From contig NW_002060969.1 in the NCBI RefSeq assembly GCF_000150275.1, positions 372,001 through 436,000 of the forward strand: DNA of 64,000 nt, in the 5' to 3' direction. Position numbers and translations under genes: made by a program. Below the pieces are notes generated by a model that did not search any database, was not told where the DNA came from, and worked only from the letters and a program-made list of their open reading frames with translations. This stretch comes from Trichoplax adhaerens. Taxonomy: Eukaryota; Animalia; Placozoa. This document shows positions 42,401 through 54,615 of the stretch, in pieces (positions within the stretch are counted from its first letter, which is position 1; each line of letters starts with the position of its first letter).

Positions 42401-43861
42401 TGCAGCTAACAGCATACAGTATTTGCTAATTTCACATTACAGTGTACGTTAATGAGCTGGAGATCAATTTTCTTCGCCATATGGAACAAATTCATCTACA
42501 ATTCTGAATTATATTCTCAATATGAGCTGTTGACAACACTACACACAGCAATCGTATTACGACATACGGTACTTAGCAATAAACTACAGTAGCAAAAGCC
42601 AGCACAGTTCCGTACATACAATGCTATGTTCCAGTACAGCTGGTTATTAGTTTAAAAGAAAGTTCATATTATAACGAAATTCGTATGTTGTGCGTAGACC
42701 CAAAGTATTTTCGTAAGGTATCTAGCGAACTCTTAGTGGTACATGCTGGTACAGTTGCATAATACATGAGCAAAATAACGAAATTTTAACTGGATCAACG
42801 AAATAGTCTTGAAGCGCTTACTTCCGTAAAGCAAGCTAGCTCTTAAAACTAGGTACATAATTGTACTGCATGTACCAGTGTGGACACTGTACTGTATGTA
42901 CAGTATATGCGTGTGTGTATTTATGGTTGAGATCGCAATACCGTACAGTAATAGTAGGTGGTCGCGTAGCAGGTTGGTTAAATGTATTTAATGACTAGCT
43001 ATCGAACACGATGCAGAGGAGATTCAGAGGATAGTCTTTATTGCAATCTCCGTATGCAACTATACAGTAATTTTATTAGCATAGTGTATCTACATATCCA
43101 CTGTGTTTTGATTACATATTTACGCACTATCAACATATTTTACTCTTCATGTGTTGTTACGTTGTTACCAGTGGTTCTAGGGCTCCGCGGAGATCTAAGA
43201 TCCCCAAACAACACTGGTTGTCACATAGATACAAAGATACGGGTAAGTGGTTCTACCATCGCGTTACGCCTGATGAAATTAGCATAGCTTAATGATGAAT
43301 GCGGGACTGTCCTCTGTAATTACGTGATGGCATCTATCGTATTTATATGCAGTTAATTCTCGTTTAACTTAATTTTTAAGTATCAGTACTGTATACTGTA
43401 AACATACTGTATTGTAGAAAGCAGTATTCATATGGAATACAACGCAAAATCCGAAATCAGATCTGTACCGAAATTGTTAATAAAAATCAAAAAACTAAAA
43501 AACCAGTCGATCGATTGTTCGGCTGGTATTGGGATTAGTGGATGAAGAAGAATTGTATTTGCATACTATGGAGAATACCAACCAGGGGCTTCTTTCTTAA
43601 ATTTTAGAAGTCCTGATTATCAAAACGTCGAGTTGCATTATACTCGCCATCAATTACTGTAATTAATTAATCAATATACAGTACAGTACAGTACTGTACA
43701 GTACATCTCACAGTACTGTACAACGGCAGCGCGATTAATCTAATGTTCATGCAAAGAGATATAAGATCATCTAATTACTGTACACGTATAAAATAACATA
43801 CGTTGTTTTCACGAAATTCTTTGAGTTGATCGGCAGCCTTATCTCTGGAATTTTTTGACAT
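39438..43861 (-). CDS. CAT: Heme catalase, multi-exon, ~1.6 kb first intron
   Basis: Exon 1 [20 protein letters not shown]; [16 protein letters not shown]; [16 protein letters not shown]; [15 protein letters not shown] (proximal Tyr); 18 nt terminal exon AQAGL*. Confidence 0.95.
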
Positions 43862-44029
43862 CTTTTTCGGATTTCTGGACGTGAATCGGGCGATGACAGA
43901 GCTGATGTGAGCGTAGCCTCAACCGGTAGTATGGCAACTATTGAACTGAGTGCACAGGTCAAATTTTATCCCTACAAAAACCTCGCCAACTCCCATGCTC
44001 GAAAATATTGACACAGGCTCACATGCTCA

Positions 44030-44490
44030 ACTGCAGTACTGTACTGTACTGTATGTACTGTAAGATGCCGGACTCTAATGTACAGTACTTACCGTACAGT
44101 ACATACAGTGTCGAGTACTGTACAGTACTCTCCTCTAATAACTGCTCTGTAGTTGCTGTACTGTACTGTACTGTACGGTACAAAGTCCGTTGCTAATTGT
44201 ACTACAGTATACTGTACTGTACAGTACAGTACAGTAATCAAACCAAACTGCTTACTGTTACTGTACTGTACACTGTACAATGTACTGTAAGAGGTCACGA
44301 ATGATTACTGTAGTCATGGACTGCTAAATCTACTGTACTGTACTGTACAGTACAGTACAGTACTGTAGTCAATGTTAACAGTACAGTACAATTTTTGTAA
44401 AATACTGTACTGTACTGTACACTGTACAGTACAGTACTGTAACAGTTTCGTCTGTTTTCGTTATTCAAGTACTGTACTGACCGTACTGTA
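44030..44490. repeat. Very dense TA-CWG array upstream of catalase
   Basis: e.g. tactgtactgtactgtacagtacagtacagtactgta at ~44331-44367. Confidence 0.92.
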
Positions 44491-44889
44491 ATGTTTACAA
44501 TTTAACTTGAACTTTGTAGTCAAGTACGCGGTTTAATCTAGAAAAGAAATGTTTGAGGTGCAGGCTTTTTTATTACGCTTCATAAAGATAAACACTTTAT
44601 TGACTAGCAAATAGTTCACGATCAATATTTCATGGCAGTAACATATTTCACCATTTAATCTACCGGTACTTAGCGTACTATTAGTACTATGCCAGGGACA
44701 ACTCAACAAAAAATTGCAACCTTTCAGCCTAAATTGGATATGGCAAAATTTAAATTAATCAACTAGTATACTGTACTACACACACACTACCGTGAAGCAA
44801 GTTAAGGTTCAATCACTTCATGAATCAATAGGATCAGCGCAGCGTCCATTCTTCTTAAAAGAAGCACAGTACTCGGTGAAAAATGAACC

Positions 44890-46751
44890 TTACTTAGAAA
44901 CACATGCACCTTGTGTTGCCCAATACAATTGATCCCATCGACTGGGGTAATTAATATTGATCGGCTCGTCGATATGTACAGGATCATTGAAAGACATTCC
45001 CCATCGAAGCACAGAATCGGCTTGTACTTTGTTTATGAAGCACTTTACCCCTGATGGAGCAGTACTCAAAGATCGTAAGCAGTTGCTATTACAAAACACA
45101 CCAGTAGCTCCATCCACCACATTCATGTCAATTGCGTGGCCAATCATATGATTACTGCGAGAAGCCGGTTGCACAATAGCACCACTGACGTCAGCGTTCG
45201 CACGATATGAGCTTGTGATGTATACCTAATAACAGGAAGATACTCAAGAATGATTCCTTTTACCTCTACAGTACAGTACTGTACAGTATACTGTAGTATG
45301 GTGTACAGTACTGTACTGTACTGTACTGTACATACAGTATTAATTAAGGGTTTCTAAAAAATGTACTGTACAGTACTGTACATACAGTATCTACAGTACA
45401 TTTGTAAGGCACTTTAGAATCGATATACTGTACAGTACAGTACTAGCTACAAAGTCATACTGTACAGTATTAAATATTATTATTAAATCGCCGTGCCCCT
45501 AATAGCTGAGTTTATACAGTATGTGAAAAGAATCTTATGATTTAAACAGTGCTACATAAACAATCAATCCTACTACAGTAGTACTGTACCTGTACATTAC
45601 AAGATGAAGCCCAACTATTAATTTTGTCCATTTGTGGCACGAAACCAACTTCAACGGTGCATGTTGAACCGATTATCTTAGATCCTGTGTACTTTGTCAG
45701 AGGACAACCTCCTATCGATAAAGAACATATAGAATGCTTACTATTGATAGGGTCTAGAAGATAGCCTAATAATAACATTAGTCGTGCACGATCGTCCATT
45801 GTTTCTTACGTTGTTTAGCATTACTATTCGTCAGTTACTGTACAATTTAAACTGTATTAAAAAATCTAGATTTTAAAATAAGTAAACTCCCAACAGCTTC
45901 ACGGTTTAGTGTACATAAGTAGCCATCTCCTGATATAAATTCTTAAGGAATTCTATTTAATAAAAGCCAACTATCGCCGTTTCAAATACTGATCCAACAC
46001 CATCTTAAAAAATTACAAAAACTGGTGTTTGAGATGTTTCAGCATAGAATTCTGAACATCCAAGTTAAAATTCACAACGCTAAAAACACCGTTGTACTGT
46101 ATTGTACTGTACAGTACAATGTGCACATTAGATACTGTACAGTATACTGTACTGTACTGTACTGCACTAAAAGAAACCATTCTTAGTTACTGTATTACCG
46201 CTGCTTCCACCAGTACAACACTTGACATTGGACGGGCCAGGGCAATAACCCGCGTAAGTTGTTCCACTGCAATGGCTTGTAAGCATGCAGTTACCAGTAT
46301 TGCTTTTACAAGACTGACCTTTGACAGCAAAAACGAAGTTCACAGTCAATCATTTGCTGATTCACATTTGTAAATAATAATGCAGTCTAGATATCAAAGA
46401 TAATTGCCTACTTTACGCGTATAGCATTTTTGCTAGGCTCGCACTGAGAGTGACAACACTGTTCCATAGCTGTACTACTCACCTACTTTAGGACAGCACT
46501 GGATATTCCATGGCCCAGCACATTGCCCAGTTATGGTCGACCCAGTATGACAATTTTGATAGTCTTGGCAACTACCCCAGCTACCATTACAGTCTTCACC
46601 AAGACCATGGGCTAAGTACAGTATGTAAATATCATGTTATATATAATATGACGAATACCTTTCAAAATACTAACCGGAGTAAATTAAAATGATATAAAAT
46701 AATATAATTACCACAGGCAAATATAACGGCGAAGATAGTAAAAATTTTCAT
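44890..46751 (-). CDS. Secreted protein (248 aa): signal peptide, two 6-Cys repeats, and an M15/DD-peptidase-like Zn domain; exons 46751-46712, 46611-46483, 46318-46199, 45711-45590, 45225-44890
   Basis: GT-AG exons join in frame (747 nt). Signal MKIFTIFAVIFACAHG; repeats GQCAGPWNIQCC and GYCPGPSNVKCC; ITSSYR, SNHMIGHAID (HxxxxxxD) and LRWG..FNDPVHID. Confidence 0.8.
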
Positions 46752-49700
46752 ATTTTCGTGATAATTCGATTATGCAGTGAAATTATTTATCTACCTGCTT
46801 CTGAAGTGTGTAAAATTCTACCAACAGTAGATATTTATACCTATTCATCTTCATGGTGTCTAAGTAATGCCATGTTCGTTGATAATTATAATATGTTTTA
46901 ACTGTAAAGTCAATATTTCCATCAACGACCCAAAAGGTTTTCTATTCTCTGATAACTATAAATTACATATACTAATAGTAAACAAAAATTGAGATTGGTT
47001 AATTTATAATTGTATATACTGTACGTTTACATGCTAATAAAACAAAAGCGAAGCCTTACAATTTACATAGCTATTTACTTCTAATCTCCATTTGAACGCC
47101 TCACATTAGTAAACAAATTATAAAGAGATTCTCTACATTTTCATAGGAATCCTTAACAACGTAATATATCATGAAATTAAAATGTTATAGTAAGCTTTAA
47201 CTTAAAACCCTCTAATTAACTATCCAAAACATAAACTTATCAACAAAATATAGAAAAATACTTTTCTCATTCTCCTTTTTTGAAGGTATATATCGCGCTT
47301 AACAAGAATCTCTTAAGACTGTTAAAATTTATCTACTTAAAAATGAGGCAAAACTGAACGATCACCATCCTGTGCTTTTGAGCGTTAGGTTTTACATTCA
47401 GATAACAACATACAGAATTACTCTGAATACGATGTCCAATAAACAAGAAAACTATGGCGATAAAGTAGACATAATACTATGATCATTATATACCATTTTT
47501 AATAATGCTGTATAACATGTAGGATTAGCAATTACTGTAAGAAAAGTGGCTAATGAGCGTATCATCATACTGCATCGTACTTGTTAACCTTAAAATAAAT
47601 TAAATACGCTTCGAGATACTACGACTAATTACATCATATTACAAGAAATTATGGGATATGCAAATATGTACTGATTCGCTAAAACAGCAATACAGTAGTT
47701 AGGCAAACGAATTATAATTAATTAGATAATATAATATTATATATTTTCAAATTATGATATTTTGTGATTACCAAAGATGGCATCATTAGTACTCCAGAAC
47801 AACCAGTTCCTTAATCTCTTCATATACTTCTTAACATACGCCATTGAACACTTATGTCTGTAACATTATATATAGTTCGCTTGACTGTTATTCATAACTG
47901 CTTAGCTGCAGTGTATAATATCAAGCATCTGTTACTTTAGACTATTTAGATATTTTATTAATTTGTATTGGGGATCGACTACAGTAATAGCCAAATAGTC
48001 TCCTAAAGATTTATCAAGAACCAAGTAGGACTATAGGATTTTTCTTTTTTAGCTATATGCGATAGACCCCTAAACTAAAGCAAATTGATGACCTTGAAGA
48101 TAAGGTTTGCTTTCTATGAAGAACGTTTGACGTAACTTTTTAAATTACTTGTACAATTACCTCATTATTGTTAAATCCAATAAAATTAAATGAGAAATTA
48201 AGTCAACTGTTAAATAAAATAAGTTAAGGGTCTCCATGTTTATAGCCGATTATAATCAATCATTGCTCTTAAGAGGTTCGTTTCGAGGTAGTAACTGTCA
48301 AAAACAATATCTAACTACACCGTTCGCCAAAAAAGTAAACAAAATCCTATGTTCCTATCAAAACTACGGCAATAAGCAAGTACCGGTACTTGTATTAGCA
48401 AAGTATATACTATAATTATAGAAACTAACTTTAACTGAGCTAATTGATGGTATAAAGAAAATAGGGTAAATTTCTATAAAATATGAGTAATCGCAAAGTT
48501 TGATCATCTATAAAAATGCTTGTATATAGTGCAGAACTAATATTTATAATTACTAGGATAAAATACGTATATTAAATTTATATATTTCCCGTTTCTCCGC
48601 TCTTATTACTACATATAGACTTTAAAGTAGTAACTTAGCTCATCCTTTGCTATGATGTATATTTTTTTAATTTTCGCAAAACATTAAACCGGAACTTAAT
48701 CTTTTAAAAAAACTTAATCTAGTATAAACGATAGTTTCTACCAGTGCTCCATACAATGCAATGTCAATGAGTACATGTATTGCATATACGAGTGGATAGA
48801 GCTAAACTTTTATATCTTAGAAACTACAGTACAAATACAGTACCAAATGTTTAATCTAAGCAGCTTGATATTCTGAACACTATGAATCCTACGATATAAA
48901 AGTGCAATAATTTAGTTAACATATTTAATTCATATAGAATGTACTACTGTAAAAGTTGTCCAATTTTCATCACTTCCTCACACCGCTTAAATTCAGATAC
49001 TCTTTAATATTGCACATATCTGTTGGGAAATGATATAAAATCATGGAAAAGCTATAGCCAAGCCAGTCTATATACTGTACACTAAGGTAGTTTATTCTGA
49101 AATGCTTTAGATAGCTTAGCTTTTCTTCATGGCTTTATTAAACCCTTAAGTTACGTTCTTTGATAATATTTATATATTTTATGTAATTAACGACGTATGC
49201 CTGAGCAATTCCAGAGCGATAATTTAGTTGAGTTATTGTTTTGTGATTAGCTAAAGTCGCATAAACCTGTTTTATTTCTTATGTATCTTTACGAATTCTT
49301 GTATTATAAATCTCGCTTTGTAACAGTATAGATTCAGTTAAAACAAGATCACTATTGTTTTTAATTCTACCTTGTAATCATGGATATTCCTATGAATGCT
49401 AATCAGCTGACAGTTGCGATTAAATCTTATAACTATTCTACATTACGATTATGGGCGACACAAGTATAAAAGCCATCGACTTTCGATCAATAAAGGAAAT
49501 ACGTATGAGTTAGTAGATAATTTTGCGCAAACTTTAACTATTTGTACAATTTCCAGTATCCTATGCTACTGTAGTTGAAAGTAAAATGAACTTTCAATAC
49601 AATTGTTAGTATCAACTTAGACAATGATACTCTACGATCAGGACTACTAAAAAATTCTTAGTAACTTTTGGTAATATACTACCTGTAGAATATATTTTAC

Positions 49701-51431
49701 GCTTTGGACATAGACATAGTAATCTCTAGGCTCAGTATATTAATTTTTGCTAATAATTTTCACTTTGAACTTTATTTGAGCTAAATTGATTTGTGTGTTA
49801 TTTTGTATATAGATAACTGGCCTTATAGACGTTAAAAATTTTCAATCACTTCTTTTATATTTGAAAATCGGAATAGTGTTCTATAGCTGACTTTTAAACG
49901 CAGATAAACACTGCCCAGCTTTGTACGCTTTAGATTTTAATAGCGCTGTACTTAGCGAAATGAATGGGAACACTGTATGCTCTAGAGATGAAAGCGGTAT
50001 CTGCTAACTTCAAATATTTCAGTATTGAATCAGGGAATCTTATAAACTTTGTAGGTGAATCTGTATCTCATAATATTCAGACTATATGAGCTAGGATATT
50101 TTAGCAAAGTAGGTGTGTTTTTAATAAATAATTTGGTAATTATCACAATGCAGTATTGACATAAGCGATGCCAGTAACCGTGCATGCCCGTATCGGACGG
50201 ATATGAGCAATAAGATATACGTACAGTAGGAATCATCTCTTACTCGTTGCAAAGAATTATTCTTATACTGCAAAATTACTCTACAACTACTGTATGTCAT
50301 TGCAAGTTTTAATGGGAATAGGTTGCTTGTAAATTCGCGACAATTGATTTAATGATAAGAACGATGTACTCGTACTGTACATGAAAGCGGAATACTCTTG
50401 ATCAAACTGGTAAAGCTATAAGAATATACGCATTCTTGTAAGGACTCTACTGTAGCCTTTAGTAAGATTTTAGGATATTAGTACTACGTTATGTACTACA
50501 TGTGTAAAGAGATAACTGCTAGTAAACTTTTTAAGAAAGATTAATTCAGGAAACGTAAATTGTTATTGTACTCAGTTGTTATATTAGAAACAATAGCAAA
50601 CATGTTAATAAATGAAAATAATTTAATTACTTCTATGAAACCAAACAAGATGTATTACAAATATTACAATAACGCTTTACTGCGATAAGATCTAAATCAA
50701 AGGATCTAATTACTTATGGCACTATCGCCGTAAAACGAATTAGTACAACACATTTAGTTAACGGGAATATATGTTGTAGTAATGATCATAATACGTGTTT
50801 CGAGGAGTTTTAACTACAAAATTAAAACGATCAAGTATTCAATACCGAGAACAGTATTGTTATCAAAACACTACACATAGCAAAGGTACTCCACAATAGC
50901 TGAAATGTTTTTGAGTAGATATTAGTAATCGAAATCTAATAGCAATGATTACATGCACAACACAAAATACTTTTCAAATTATAATTAATTGTTTGCTTTA
51001 CTGTATAAATTCTTTACTGATTGCTAGAATCCTGAAGTAATAACATTTACTTTTCTGTCAGTGTTAAATGTAAGTAACACCATATGAGTACATATGCGAA
51101 ATGCGTAACTTAGTAATTTGACATAGATATTGTCTTAATGACTTGAATTAAGTATCTATTATATAATGCATGATCATGATATGTATAGTACAATATAAAG
51201 AATTAAGTAAAAATTAATCAGTAGTGCAATTAGTTCATATATTGCAAAGCCAAATAGTAATGGATTACATATATTTGACTTATACTGTTGCAATTGTTAT
51301 GTTCAATCAATAACAGTAAATGTCAACCGTGCTCCATCGTTAATGATTATATAATAACATCTTCATTAGCCTTATAACAGTTTACTATGACGTACAGTAC
51401 TGTATTAAACCCTGACGATATTAAATTAGTT

Positions 51432-53801
51432 TTATCTATTAAACAGAAAGTATGCACAAGTACCAATAGCAACAGCCATAGTTGCAGTAAAAATACTAGA
51501 CTTTTCATTCTCATTTTTCTTGTCGAAATGATCCAGAAAGCCATCCTAAGAAGAATATGCATATCTTTAACGTAATATAGTTTGGCTATTGCTAAATGTA
51601 GTCAGTCAAAAAATGAACATCGCTAGCAAAAATGCGTAAATATAACCATTTTAACAAACTTAAAGGTATCTTAGTGGCGACCTTTTTAACTGTGCCTCAT
51701 ACGAGATATCAAATCATTACCGTAGTAGGAGCCTACCGTACGTATGACATGTAATAATATTAATAAGCATCTTTTCCCATAACCCAACATAAATAAGTCA
51801 CACTGCAAAAATGTTGATACTAGTACTTTCAATACATCTGACGGAACAATGTATTACTATGTTCCATTCTAACAATACGAAACTACACTAGGAGTTAGCA
51901 AAGATTACTGTAATAGGTGTTAATGTGATCAAAATAAACGCAGTGTCCACGGTAAACTATTGAAAAACCTGTATAACGATAGACAAAATATTTATCGAAT
52001 CCATCTGTAAATGATGTTTAAATTTCAGTTCCATGTTATAAAATTTAATGGTTAGATAACATAATAACTAAAACGCCAATTGTATCTACTGCAAGATGCC
52101 TCAAAAATTATTTATTTATTATGACGAAGGGAAGAATGAATGTTACGGCACTGTGGTGGTAGAATCTTAATTTCTAAAAGGTATACTATTAATATTAGCT
52201 ATTTTTGTACTGCATTGATTATGAAACATACAGGTAGAATGCAAAAGTCTCAGCATACTGTAAAACGGTAACATTTCACATGGTCTCTAGTTTACTGACC
52301 TACAGTATTACTACATAATACTACATACCAATCCCGAACCGTCCTTCCCTTAAAAACTCCCGGCTTTTATACCCTCGACGGTAGATTATACTATTATACC
52401 GTAGGTGTCTGCAGAATCTACCGTAAGCCTTCCTAACACTTGAAAGTCCTAATCATTGTGGTCCTTCCCTATGGTCCTAACATAGCTATTCTCTGTCATA
52501 TTGTAGGTACTGCACTAATCTTAGCACTTTCGAAATGTCAGTTATGTTGTACAGGTAGTGGTACAGTGTTCTTTCTTCAGTAACCTCTGGTATAAGTCTG
52601 TATGTACAAACTGCACGGGCTAGTAATTATAATATAATGGTGTAGTGCATTGGTTACAAAACATAAGATAACTGTAAAAACCTCTTAGCTAAAAGGGAAG
52701 GCGTATAAAATACAGTAGCACAGTATTAATAACAGGTGTACAGTAACTGTTTATTAACTGTAAACCAAAATCTTCGCACAGAAGAATTTCGGATAATGTT
52801 GTGTAGCACGATTTCTATATTACATTTCGTTGTCAGACTCAGACTTACATATTCAGCGCAGTCAGTATCAGTGAATTGCACAATTTTTCGAACCTCACAC
52901 GACTCAGGTAAGAAGATTGTAACGCATGAACTGGAAGTAAGTGCTGAAATTCATAGTCTTCGATTCGTGCATATATTTACGTTAGTTACTAATCTCCTAT
53001 AGGTAAGAAATTTCGTAATCTCTTCTATATTTAGGGTTGGAGTAAATTACACTACTTTCACTGCAAAGAATTTATTGTCCACCATACGTAGACTACATAT
53101 CTGAAGTGTGTACAGTAATAACGAGCTCTGAATTAGCGCATCAGACTTATAGCCGCATTTTACCTGTACTTAGACTATAGTAAACGAAAAAATAGTAAAA
53201 ATATCAAGACTATATGGGCCTACAGTAACATACATAGGAAGAAGGTCTACGAAAAGTTTACGACACAATTTATGCTCACCCAAGATCTGTTCGCTTCGAT
53301 CCAGGTAGATAATTTCGTATGCATATATCTTGCAACCCATCCATAAACGCTCTTCACGTATTCAGGCATCCCATTTCGTTTAAAGTGGATCGCCAGCCTA
53401 CTTGAAAAAACAATAAATGCGACTATCCTACCCCAGTTGATACCCGTAGAAAATAACTCATTAACGACACCCACAAACGTTGGGTAAGCAGTTGTATCCG
53501 TAATAGTTAATCTTTCGCACATATTACTGAAAGAATCCTTAAATTTTCCCTCCAATTCATTTCCAACTTCTTTCAAGCGTTCGGATACTTTCTTGGTTTT
53601 AACATCTTTTATATCACATCGATACGGTCCATCTAAAAGACCTTCATTAAATAACCGAGACTGGATATAATCCTTGATTATATTCTTATAAACTAAGAAC
53701 TGTTCGTCATCCAAGAAACCATTAGTACCTTTGAAGTTAGTCAATGTAGGTTTTAAAGTTTTTATTTTCTGAGAAGATGCCTCATCGAAGGAAGATGTCA
53801 T
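51432..53801 (-). CDS. Bcl-2-like (probably pro-survival) protein, 211 aa; exons 53801-53280 and 51545-51432
   Basis: BH4-like IIKDYIQSRL, BH3 LKEVGNELE, BH1 ELFSTGINWGRIVAF, BH2 WIEANRSW|DGFLDHF, C-terminal transmembrane segment TMAVAIGTCAYFLF. Confidence 0.9.
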
Positions 53802-54029
53802 TTTCAATCTTGAAATATCTGTAAACTTATTTTACTTCCAATGCGTTTCAAATACCTAAAAGTGGATCACATAATCTAGACTGCTCTAAGAAGCTATTCT
53901 TAACTTATTTTTCTAATTCCAAATGAAATTTTTTTTAATTTTACCGTCTCTAAGATGATGGTTAAATACGCAGTTACTAGTACAGATACGCGAAAAGTAA
54001 ACGTAAAAATAATAAAAAAAAAAGTAGTC

Positions 54030-54478
54030 ACCGTATGTACAGTGTACTGTACTGTACAGTACTGTATTAAAGGTAAAAGTTTTTCTTTTACTCGCGTGTC
54101 GTACCGTGTACAGTACTGTACTGTATAGTACGGTGGCCCAGAAGGCTCAGACAATGACGGTAAAAATAGCACGTACTGTACGTAGTACAGTACAATATTG
54201 CACATTAGACCGATGAAAAACGAAACTTTTTCAGTCGCTGATTTGGCTAAGAATGAGGCGTTCGATGGAACACTAGCTCGAACTCGCGTAATTAACTACA
54301 GTACTGTACAGCAAGTGAACTACGTACTGTATAGTACAGTATGATATCACAGTGCTAGAACTGTTACTGTTTTGTACAAAGTTTCATCCAACTTAAGGTG
54401 CGTACCAAATATCCGCTGAAACTTTGTACTGTACAGTACTGTACTGTACTGTACTGTACTGTACAGTACTGTACTGTA
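54030..54478. repeat. TA-CWG arrays in the Bcl-2-like/CDC37 divergent intergenic region
   Basis: e.g. 54427-54478, an uninterrupted run of about ten 5-mer units mixing TACTG and TACAG. Confidence 0.9.
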
Positions 54479-54615
54479 GATTAGGACTTTTACCGTACTT
54501 TCATTATAAGAATTCCCTGTACTGTGCACAGTTTGAGAATTTCGCAACAAATCATAATAAAGTTTTGCGACAACTGCCAGTTGATGAAAGAAATAAAATA
54601 AGAAAAACCTGCATT

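Noticed and set aside
43262-43325. Hammerhead ribozyme (CTGATGA followed by a stem)
   Set aside because: No GAAA after the stem and no supporting stems I and III.
43919-43996. N-terminal extension of catalase from an upstream in-frame ATG
   Set aside because: An in-frame TGA occurs after 25 codons; at most a uORF, and the TSS is unknown.
44890-45225. Hedgehog ligand
   Set aside because: Only the Zn-ligand pattern is shared; there is no CGPG N-terminus, Hint domain or other Hedgehog-specific motif.
16794-53801. Functional immunity/stress cluster (TOLLIP, Bak, catalase, peptidase, Bcl-2-like)
   Set aside because: The genes are interspersed with unrelated housekeeping genes, and the sequence gives no evidence of co-regulation.
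10567-54550. Many short ORFs rich in YCTV/LYSTVQ
   Set aside because: They are translations of the TA-CWG arrays, not proteins.
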